From an uncultured Acidobacteriota bacterium (GTDB taxonomy: Bacteria; Acidobacteriota; UBA6911): a DNA stretch of 64,000 bases. The position numbers and the translations under genes are program-made. Of this stretch, positions 23,043 through 31,215 are shown in pieces. The notes under the pieces were generated by a model. That model searched no databases. It was not told the DNA's origin and saw only the letters and a list, made by a program, of their open reading frames with translations. Position 1 is the first letter of the stretch. The number at the start of each line of letters is the position of its first letter. The stretch covers positions 1 to 64,000 of the forward strand of contig CAWJKZ010000009.1 of the NCBI GenBank assembly GCA_963843575.1, in the 5' to 3' direction.

Positions 23043-23470
23043 TCAAACCTCGCCCTGGAGGCCTTCAAGGCCGCGCCCTGGCCGGACAGCGCGAACGCGA
23101 GCATAGCTGGCGCCCGGCGGATGCCACTGCGCACCCTGCGCCGGCTTCAGAAGAACCGCTCGCCGGCCGGTCATTCCGGACTCCAGTTTCTGCATTCGTC
23201 TGCTGTGCAGAGCGGGCCTCGATGGCCACTGCCATGAAAAAGAGGAGGAAATCAGCGTTAGACGCTCACCCGAATTGGCGAAATCGTAGCTCACTCAAAA
23301 ACCAAAATCCAGAGGCAACACGCAGGTGCCGATCGCGCGCCACACACGCGTGAATATCACGTCAGGCAAAATACCGATTCTGTTTGGAGGCGCTGGAAAT
23401 CGCGGGACCCGTCGGACGAAAGGGCTTCGGACCGAGCGGTGCGATGCCGGGGCGGACCTTTACGGGCGGC

Positions 23471-24334
23471 TCAGCTCCCGGCTTTGGTCGCCAGCTCGCC
23501 TGCGGCGTCACCGGTCGTCTTCACCCTGGGCCGGGCGGTCTCCTGCCGCCAGTAAAGAACCCCCAGGGTCAAGGCGACCAGCCCGCAGATCACGCCGTAG
23601 GTCGGGCCGGTATCCAGGCCGGGTTTGTATTGTGAAAAGGTAAGAGCCCAGACTACGAACAAGGATGCCGAGTACACGATGAGCATCTGAACCCCCATTT
23701 TGATCTCGGCCCAGTCCCTGAGAAAATACATGGTCGCCGCCCACACGCCGCAGGCCGCCGGCCAGGCCGCCATCACCCGGGCGTCAAAAGGCTGCACGTC
23801 CCAAGGCCAGCGCGTGGTGGCGAATTCCGGGTTGATGAACAGGAAACCTCCGCCGGTGATGCCCAAGACAAAGACGACCGCCAGCGCGCGCTGCAGCCAG
23901 ATGGAAACCGGACCTTCGGAGGCTTCAACGGGCACAGGCCGCCTGCTGTCGGGACCGTGAGGCTCGGTCAACACGAGCACCAGCGGCTCGATGGTGTATG
24001 CGAGCACCCAGATGTGAGCGATGCCGGTGTGCAATCTCCAATTCATCTCGTTGAGGTGCCAGTAGGTCGCCAGGAAGAGCACCCCCAGAAACGTGTAGTT
24101 TCCCCACACGATCCAGCGCAAGCGATGCCAGTATTTTTCGTGGAACAGGTGGAAGCCCAGGAACACCCGCAGAATGAAGGAAGTGCCGATGAACATGGCC
24201 GAGAGCCGCTGCGGGATAGGCCAGGCGAACTGGGACCCGGTATCCGGCAGGAACAGGAGCCACACTACAAACACAGACGCGAGCAGAAACTGGACGATAC
24301 CGACGCCGTTGATGGAAGCGGGTTTTCTGAGCAT
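23471..24334 (-). CDS. Multi-pass integral membrane protein of unknown function
   Basis: GAGGAGGA RBS; about eight hydrophobic segments; internal duplication (FAWPIPQRLSAM / WPWDVQPFDAR). Confidence 0.8.
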   Translation of the reverse strand: MLRKPASINGVGIVQFLLASVFVVWLLFLPDTGSQFAWPIPQRLSAMFIGTSFILRVFLGFHLFHEKYWHRLRWIVWGNYTFLGVLFLATYWHLNEMNWRLHTGIAHIWVLAYTIEPLVLVLTEPHGPDSRRPVPVEASEGPVSIWLQRALAVVFVLGITGGGFLFINPEFATTRWPWDVQPFDARVMAAWPAACGVWAATMYFLRDWAEIKMGVQMLIVYSASLFVVWALTFSQYKPGLDTGPTYGVICGLVALTLGVLYWRQETARPRVKTTGDAAGELATKAGS

Positions 24335-24887
24335 CGCTTTCCTCCTCTGTAACCGAGCGCCGCATGCGGGCGCGCGCGCGGACGCAATGTCGATGCAATA
24401 TCGTTGAGCGCATTCGTGCCGAGGTTGCTGTATTCCTTCAGCAGGTGCTGCATGCCGTACCTGGCATTCCCACGGTTGCAGGCGAGAAGGGTCGGGGAGC
24501 GGAAAGTGCGGTGAAACAACCCTCCTAACCACCGAATTGGCAAACCGCTGTGTGATCAGTGTGACCCGAGGCTGTCTAGATTCTAGCGCGGCGCGGATGG
24601 TGCGGCAATCCCCCGGCCGGTCGTCGTCTGACCTGCCGTTGCGTTCGCCGCCGTGCGCGCGGGCGCGCCGGGGCTTCCGGTTAAAGGACGGGTCTCGGGG
24701 CGTTTGGCCGGGATTTGCATCACGCGGTCGAGTGCGATAGATTTTGCACAGTTCGGTTAAATGTATCGGCAAAATCGGGTGCCGTAGCCACCAGCCATTG
24801 GTCTCAAGTTCCGTGACGCTCCGACGTGCGCTGTCTTCAGCAGCACGCTTCGATGCGGGATTACTGCAGCTTCGTGCGGCGTGAGAG

Positions 24888-26462
24888 GTGCGTGCAATGT
24901 TCGCCCGGCTTCGCTTCTGGATCTACCGTCACATCGTGGGGCTCTTCACCTGGGTTTCGTTCCGGACGCAGCGTGTCGAGCCGCTGCAACCCCCGACCGA
25001 GACCAGGGTCGGGTTCCGCCCGCACGCGGCGTCGTTTCCCGACATGCCCATCGAGGGCCTGTTCGACACCACGAGCTTCCCTGCGTCGGATGCGCCCCGT
25101 CTGCGCCGCATGAGGCTTGCAAAGAAGTTGCTGTCGCTGGTGCGGCGTATCGCTCCGCCGGCCGCACCGCCCGTCCCCGATGACGAGCGCCGGTACCTGG
25201 CGGCGTTGTACCCCGCCTCTTTCCGCCGGGCTTGGCCTCTGGCGCCGCAGGTGCCGGCCGAGTTGAAGAAGAACAGGGCGGGTCCCGATCCCGATCTCAT
25301 CGCCGAGCTGGCGGTGGGCGGCCCGTTCGCGTGCTTCCTGCGTCGCGCCACGGACGATGAAGTCCGCGGCGGCCAGGCGGCGGCGGACTCGTATGTGATC
25401 GACCTTTCCTGGATGCTTGGCCACCCGGCCTTCCCGAACCTGGTGCGCCCCGGCGGCAAGGCCGTGCTGAAGGTGCAGGACGGGCGCCTGCGGACGGTGG
25501 GCCTGCACCGCCAGGACAAGTGGGTGCCGGCGGCCGAATTGCGCGGTAGGCGGCAGGAGAGCGAAGCGCTGCTGGCGGCGATGAACGAAGACGTCACCGT
25601 CTTCCGCCACTGCTTGTCGGTGCACCTGGCGACCCTGACCCCATTCGCGCTCGCAACGACGAATTGTCTCGGCCTGGACCATCCTGTCCGGCGCGTGCTG
25701 CACCACTGTTTTCACACGGTGCTGGTCGGGAACCACGAGGTTGCGGAATTCCAGCTCTCGGGCCCGCAAGGGTTCGCCGCCACGATCTTCTCCCACGACA
25801 GCCGCACGATCGCCCGCATGGCCGCCGAGCACCTCGGCCGGTACGACTTCTGGGAATTCGAGCCCGAAACCTGGTTTGCGCGGCAGGCGACCGCGGAAAC
25901 ACCGTTCGCCTACCCGTACCGCGACAACGTTCTCGAGCTGTGGGCCGCGACACGGGCTTACCTGGAAGCGTACGTGCGACTCTACTACGACGGCGACGCG
26001 GCCCTCCGCGCGGACACGGAACTCAAGGCCTGGATGATCGAACTCAACCGGCTCGTGCCCAACGGCATTCGGATTCCCGAGGGTGGACCCACGCGCGACT
26101 GGCTGTCGCGCGTGTGTGCGACGCTCATCCAGGTGTCCATAGTGGAGCATGACTACGTCGCCAACGTGGCGTGGAACTATTCGACCCTGGGGTGGATCGT
26201 GCCTACGGCGGTGCCGCTTTCCGGGGAGAGGATGGACCAGCGGCGCGCCTTCGATCTCATCGCTACCATGATCGTCACCTGGAAACCGTACAACATGCTC
26301 CTGACCGCCGACGTGCCCGCGCTCGCGCTCGACGAAGCCGGCAGGCGCGTGATGACCCGGTGGATCGCCGACCTCGGCCGGATTCAGCGGGAGATGGAAG
26401 CGCGAGGCCAGCGGCTGTCGCTCTCCTATCCCGCCAACCTCAACGTCAGCGTGTCCAACTGA
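24888..26462 (+). CDS. Lipoxygenase-family protein (compact, no obvious PLAT domain)
   Basis: RHCLSVH..PFALAT.NCL..DHPVRRVL (LOX His cluster), YPYRD, LKAW, EHDYVAN, C-terminus NLNVSVSN. Confidence 0.8.
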   Translation: MRAMFARLRFWIYRHIVGLFTWVSFRTQRVEPLQPPTETRVGFRPHAASFPDMPIEGLFDTTSFPASDAPRLRRMRLAKKLLSLVRRIAPPAAPPVPDDERRYLAALYPASFRRAWPLAPQVPAELKKNRAGPDPDLIAELAVGGPFACFLRRATDDEVRGGQAAADSYVIDLSWMLGHPAFPNLVRPGGKAVLKVQDGRLRTVGLHRQDKWVPAAELRGRRQESEALLAAMNEDVTVFRHCLSVHLATLTPFALATTNCLGLDHPVRRVLHHCFHTVLVGNHEVAEFQLSGPQGFAATIFSHDSRTIARMAAEHLGRYDFWEFEPETWFARQATAETPFAYPYRDNVLELWAATRAYLEAYVRLYYDGDAALRADTELKAWMIELNRLVPNGIRIPEGGPTRDWLSRVCATLIQVSIVEHDYVANVAWNYSTLGWIVPTAVPLSGERMDQRRAFDLIATMIVTWKPYNMLLTADVPALALDEAGRRVMTRWIADLGRIQREMEARGQRLSLSYPANLNVSVSN

Positions 26463-26606
26463 GACGCCCGCGGCCCGGAGGCGGGTACGGGACGGTGGAT
26501 GCCACATGACCGGTCAGACGACGGACGCTCCATCGCGGGAGAAAACCAGTCGCAGCGGCGCATACGGCTGCTGCAAACCGCGCAATCCTGACTCCGTGAG
26601 AATCCG

Positions 26607-28760
26607 ATGACCCTGAGCGTGCCCCCGCGAGTTCCTGGCAGGCCCCTGATCGGCAATACCCTCGACCTCCTGCGCGACCCCGCGGGATTCCTGGTCGGGA
26701 GTTATCGCCAATTCGGGCCGGTATTCCGGGTGAGCGCATTCGGCATGGCCTACACCGTGATGGCGGGCCGCGAGGCGATGCAATTTCTAACCACGACCGG
26801 TGAGAAGCATTTCAGCCGCGCGACGTTTTACCGGCGCTTCGCGCGCGAACTGGGCACGCGGGAATTCATCCTCGGGGCGCAGGGCGCCCGCCACGGCCAG
26901 CTGCGCAGGGTGATGAAGCTGGGCTTCTCCCGGCAGGTCGCCGAACCCCACATCCCGGCCATGGTCGACGGGGTGAGCAAGCGCGCCCGGGAGTGGTCCG
27001 CCGGCCAGCGCCTCAGGGTGCCGGAACTGATGGCGGACCTGGCGTTCGACGCCTACTGCCTCGTGATGGCCGGGACCCCGCTGCACGAATATTTCCGCGA
27101 GGCCCTCACCTATTCCGAGACCATCATGAGGGTGGGGGCGAAGGTGCGCCCCTCGGCCCTCCTCTTGCTTCCGCACTATCTCCGGGCGAAGCGGCGCGTC
27201 TTCTCGCTGATGCAACGGCTGCTCGAGGAACACCGTTACCATCGGGAAGATCCCGAGCGCGAATTCGATCTGTTTTATGCGCTCCTGGATGGGACCTCAG
27301 ACGACGGGGAGACGCTCGCGGACAGCGACATTGTCGCGTCCGCCCTCTACGGTTTCGTGGGCACCCTGGTCTACCTCAGCCGCGTTCTGGGGTACCTGTT
27401 GTACGAACTGCTCAAGAACCCGGCGCTACGGGACCAGGCGACCCGAGAAGCCGACGCGGTGCTGGGCGCCGGCACCGTGACTGCACAGGGTCTGCGGAGG
27501 ATGAATACGCTGCAGAATGCTTATCTCGAAACCCTGCGCTTCCACCCTGTCGCGCTGGGTTTGCCTTATCTGGCGGAGCAGGATTTCGAGTTCGCGGGAC
27601 GGCTGGTCCGCAAGGGGGCCCGGATCGTGCTCACGCCCCTGCCGGTTCACTTCTCATCCGACTTCTACAGCAGCCCGCACTGCTTCGACAGCGGGCGCTG
27701 CGCGGAGCCCCGCCGGGAGATACACGCGAGCGGGGCGTACGCGCCGTTCGGCTTCGACGGGCGGGTTTGTGCGGCGGCAGGCCTCGTCGAAATCATCAGC
27801 CTCGCCACCATCGCCGCGCTCCTGCACGCGGCCGACCTGCGTCTGCAACCTCCCGGCTACGACATCAAGACGGTGCTCAATCCGCTCCCCGGACCCGAGA
27901 AGGCGTTTGCCGTGCAGGTCGCCGGGCTGCGGACTCCGGGCACTGCTGCGCCGGCGCTCTCCCCCGTCGAGGGGCTCGGGGCGGCCACCGCGGAGTCGGG
28001 CTCGCCGCAATGGAACGAGCTGCTGTCACGTGTGACGACCGCCGACTACGAGGCGGCGGCCCTCATCATCCGGGAAGGGGAGGCCGCAACCCGCTTCTTC
28101 ATCCTGCAGGAGGGGACGGTGGAGGTCCTCAAGCGCCAGGAGTCCGGTCGGGAGAGGATCCTCGCCACGCTCGGACCAGGCGACTACTTCGGCGAGATCG
28201 GCCTGCTGAGGAGAATCCCGCGCACGGCGAGCGTGCGGGCTCGCTCCGCGGTGAAAACCCTGGTCGTCGACCGCGACACCTTCGTGGAAATGATCGCCGA
28301 ATCGGACCTCGTCAGCGAACAGATCGCCGGCACGATCCGGCGTCGGATCATGGCCGTCCGCCTCGCTGAAGCGCTTCCCCGGTTGACTCCGGATCAGCTC
28401 GCCCGCTTCCTGCCGAATTTCAGCCTCGCGCGTTATGCCCCGGGGGAGACCATCGTGCGCCAGGGTGATCCCTCCGACGCTTTCTTCGTGATCGTGAGCG
28501 GCCGCATCGAGGTGGTCAAGCACAGGGAAGGCGGCCGTGACTGGGTGCTGCAGGAAATGGGAGCCGGAGAGTGGTTTGGCGAAATCGGGATCCTGCTGGG
28601 CAAGCCGCGCAGCGCCACCGTGCGCGCGGCCGCCGGCGACGAAACCGAAGTGATGAGGCTGGCGCAGGAAGACTTCAAAACCCTGCTGGGCGAGTCGACC
28701 CCCACCACGACCGACATCTGGGGAGTGATGTCGCGGCGCCTGTCGGCCCTGAAGGGATAG
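26607..28760 (+). CDS. Cytochrome P450 fused to two C-terminal cyclic-nucleotide-binding domains
   Basis: PGRPLIGN start, ETLR (ExxR), PFGFDGRVC heme-Cys; two cassettes GDYFGEIGLL..PRTASV and GEWFGEIGIL..PRSATV. Confidence 0.9.
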   Translation: MTLSVPPRVPGRPLIGNTLDLLRDPAGFLVGSYRQFGPVFRVSAFGMAYTVMAGREAMQFLTTTGEKHFSRATFYRRFARELGTREFILGAQGARHGQLRRVMKLGFSRQVAEPHIPAMVDGVSKRAREWSAGQRLRVPELMADLAFDAYCLVMAGTPLHEYFREALTYSETIMRVGAKVRPSALLLLPHYLRAKRRVFSLMQRLLEEHRYHREDPEREFDLFYALLDGTSDDGETLADSDIVASALYGFVGTLVYLSRVLGYLLYELLKNPALRDQATREADAVLGAGTVTAQGLRRMNTLQNAYLETLRFHPVALGLPYLAEQDFEFAGRLVRKGARIVLTPLPVHFSSDFYSSPHCFDSGRCAEPRREIHASGAYAPFGFDGRVCAAAGLVEIISLATIAALLHAADLRLQPPGYDIKTVLNPLPGPEKAFAVQVAGLRTPGTAAPALSPVEGLGAATAESGSPQWNELLSRVTTADYEAAALIIREGEAATRFFILQEGTVEVLKRQESGRERILATLGPGDYFGEIGLLRRIPRTASVRARSAVKTLVVDRDTFVEMIAESDLVSEQIAGTIRRRIMAVRLAEALPRLTPDQLARFLPNFSLARYAPGETIVRQGDPSDAFFVIVSGRIEVVKHREGGRDWVLQEMGAGEWFGEIGILLGKPRSATVRAAAGDETEVMRLAQEDFKTLLGESTPTTTDIWGVMSRRLSALKG

Positions 28761-29013
28761 TCACAAAAAGGGGCGGCCGCGTCCGACAGGCACTCGAGCG
28801 GCTCCTCCGATTCCCGCGATGCGCGGCCCGCCCGGGGCGCGGCGGCGAGGCGGAAAGCCCGCGTGAATGCGGGCGTGCCGCGACCTTGACGCTCGTGTGG
28901 GGTTGAGATAGGATTTTAGCAAGCATTGGGTGGCTAATTCTCGGGTCACTACGTTTACGACCAATCGCAGTTACGTCGGGCTGTCACCGAGCATCGCACG
29001 GAGATCTGTCCGC

Positions 29014-31215
29014 TTGATTGATACGCTTGCATCACTGTCGGTGTTTCGCGATCTCCCCAAGTCCGACTTGCTCTGGCTCGCTTCCGAAGTCGAACAGGTC
29101 GACCTCCCGGCCGGGGCGGTGCTGTTCCGGCAGGGGGATCCCGGCGACGCGATCTATATCGTCCGTTCGGGGAGGCTGCAGGTTGAGCTGACCCTGGCCG
29201 GTGCCCCGGCCCAGGCGCTGGCCACGATCGAGACGGGCGAGGTTGTCGGCGAGATGGCGACGCTGTTCGAGCGGCCGCGGGCTGCGACCGTATCCGCTCT
29301 GTCGGAGGTCACGCTGCTCAAGGTTAGCGCGTCGAGCCTCGCCCGGCTGTTTACGCTCAATCCGTCGGCGCGGAAGCAGCTGCTCGAGGCCACGACGCGC
29401 CGCCTCCCGAGCCTGTACCTGGCCCGCGTGCCGATCTTCGCCGGGCTCGAGCCCGAGGCGTTCCGGGAGCTGGACCTCGAGTCCAATTGGGTGCGGCTCG
29501 CGGGAGGGCAGACCCTGTTCAAGCAGGGCGATCCCGCGGATTACCTCTATGTCATCGTGCAGGGCCGGCTCGAGGTGCTACTGGAGTGCGGCGGCGGGCG
29601 GCAGGAGATGGTCGATCAACTCGGCCAGGGCGCCTGCGTGGGCGAGATTGCGCTGCTCACGGGCGAGCCGCGCACGGCCACCGTCCGGGCCATCCGGGAC
29701 TCCGAACTCGTCCGCCTGTCGAAGGCGGACGTCTACCGCCTGGTCGAGCGCAATCCGCGCGGGGCCGTCGAGATGCTGCGGATCCTGGCGGGACGGGTGC
29801 GCCCGATCGCCCCGGCGGGCCGCCGCTCGGCGGTGGCAACGATCGCGGTGGTGCCGGCGGGCGAGCGCCCGCTGCCGCCCGGATGGACCGAGCGGCTGGT
29901 CGGGGCGCTCTCGCAGGCCGGCGGCCCCACGCTCCACGTCAGCCGTGACCGGATCGACGAGGCGCTCGGGGGACGCGCCGCTTCGTCGCTGCAGGACGAG
30001 ATAGCGCGGGTCCGGGTCGCGACGTGGCTGCGCGAGCAGGAGGATCGCTTCCGGTATGTCGTTTCGGAGTGCGATCCGGCCCAATCGCCCTGGACGGGTT
30101 TCTGCCTGCGCCACGCCGACCTCGTCCTGCTCGTCGCTCCCGAGGACGCCACGCCGTCGCGGGGCGAAGCAGCCCGGTGCCTCTTCGAAACCGACGTCGT
30201 GCCACGGTCGGTGGCCAGGGAACTCGTGCGGCTGCATGCCCCGGAGACCGCCCAGCCCGGCGGGACCGCGCAGTGGCTCGACGTCTTTCCGGTAGCCCGC
30301 CACCACCACGTCCGCGTCGATCGTGCGGAGGATTACGCCCGCCTGGCCCGGTTCATAGCCGGCAAGGCGGTGGGTCTCGCCATGAGCGGCGGCGGCGCGC
30401 GCGCCTTCGCGCACATCGGCGTGATGCGGGCGCTCGGTGAGACCGGCGTGCCCCTCGACGCGGTGGGCGGCGTGAGCGCGGGTGCTTTCAGTGCGGCGTT
30501 CGGCGCGATGCAATACGACACCGACACGATCAGCCGGATTACCCGCGAGTACATGGGGCAGTACCGTCTCATCAGCGACGCCACCGTCCCCCTCGTGGCG
30601 TTCCTGTCGAGCCGGAGAATGGTGCGCGTGCTCCGGAGCATGTTCGGAGAGGTCCGAATCGAGGACCTCTGGCTGCCGTTTTTCTGCATCTCCGCCAATC
30701 TCAGCACGGCGGAGGTAGTGGTTTTCGACCGCGGCCCGCTCTGGAAGGGAGTCCGGGCCACGACCTCCGTGCCCGGCATCACGCCGCCCGTATGCGTCGA
30801 CGGCGGGTTCCTGGTGGACGGCGGCGTGCTCAACAACCTGCCCGCCGACATCATGCGCCTCCGCTGCAACGGGACGGTGATCGCTTCGGATGTGGGCCTG
30901 GGAGGCGCTCTCGCCGCCGGGACCGAGGAGATAACCTCCCTGTCGGGATGGCCCCTGCTCTGGAGCAGGCTGAGCCCGTGGGGACAGAAGACGACGGTGC
31001 CCCACATCTTCGAGATACTCATGCGTACGGCTACTTTGAGCAGCACGCTGAACGCCGCCTCGGTGGCGCACAGCGCCGACCTGTACATCCGGACGCCCAC
31101 GGAGGGCGTCCCGACCTTCGACTGGAACGCCGGGACGGTCCTCGTGGAACGCGGATACCGTCTGGCGCTCCGGGAAATCGCCAAATGGCAAGACCGCGGA
31201 GGATTCCGACCATGA
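29014..31215 (+). CDS. NTE-like patatin phospholipase with two N-terminal cNMP-binding domains
   Basis: GEMATL..PRAAT and GEIALL..PRTAT cassettes; SGGGARAFAHIG oxyanion loop, GVSAG nucleophile, VDGG; ORF open from 28930. Confidence 0.92.
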   Translation: MIDTLASLSVFRDLPKSDLLWLASEVEQVDLPAGAVLFRQGDPGDAIYIVRSGRLQVELTLAGAPAQALATIETGEVVGEMATLFERPRAATVSALSEVTLLKVSASSLARLFTLNPSARKQLLEATTRRLPSLYLARVPIFAGLEPEAFRELDLESNWVRLAGGQTLFKQGDPADYLYVIVQGRLEVLLECGGGRQEMVDQLGQGACVGEIALLTGEPRTATVRAIRDSELVRLSKADVYRLVERNPRGAVEMLRILAGRVRPIAPAGRRSAVATIAVVPAGERPLPPGWTERLVGALSQAGGPTLHVSRDRIDEALGGRAASSLQDEIARVRVATWLREQEDRFRYVVSECDPAQSPWTGFCLRHADLVLLVAPEDATPSRGEAARCLFETDVVPRSVARELVRLHAPETAQPGGTAQWLDVFPVARHHHVRVDRAEDYARLARFIAGKAVGLAMSGGGARAFAHIGVMRALGETGVPLDAVGGVSAGAFSAAFGAMQYDTDTISRITREYMGQYRLISDATVPLVAFLSSRRMVRVLRSMFGEVRIEDLWLPFFCISANLSTAEVVVFDRGPLWKGVRATTSVPGITPPVCVDGGFLVDGGVLNNLPADIMRLRCNGTVIASDVGLGGALAAGTEEITSLSGWPLLWSRLSPWGQKTTVPHIFEILMRTATLSSTLNAASVAHSADLYIRTPTEGVPTFDWNAGTVLVERGYRLALREIAKWQDRGGFRP

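Noticed and set aside
24550-24570. Possible CRP site TGTGA-N6-TGACC upstream of LOX
   Set aside because: Second half-site is a poor match; cannot be supported by eye
30792-31211. Extended PKS N-terminus in the ORF track
   Set aside because: Overlaps the patatin gene; the ATG at 31212 directly precedes the KS domain
26607-31215. Canonical CBASS or Pycsar system
   Set aside because: No CD-NTase or pyrimidine cyclase in the window
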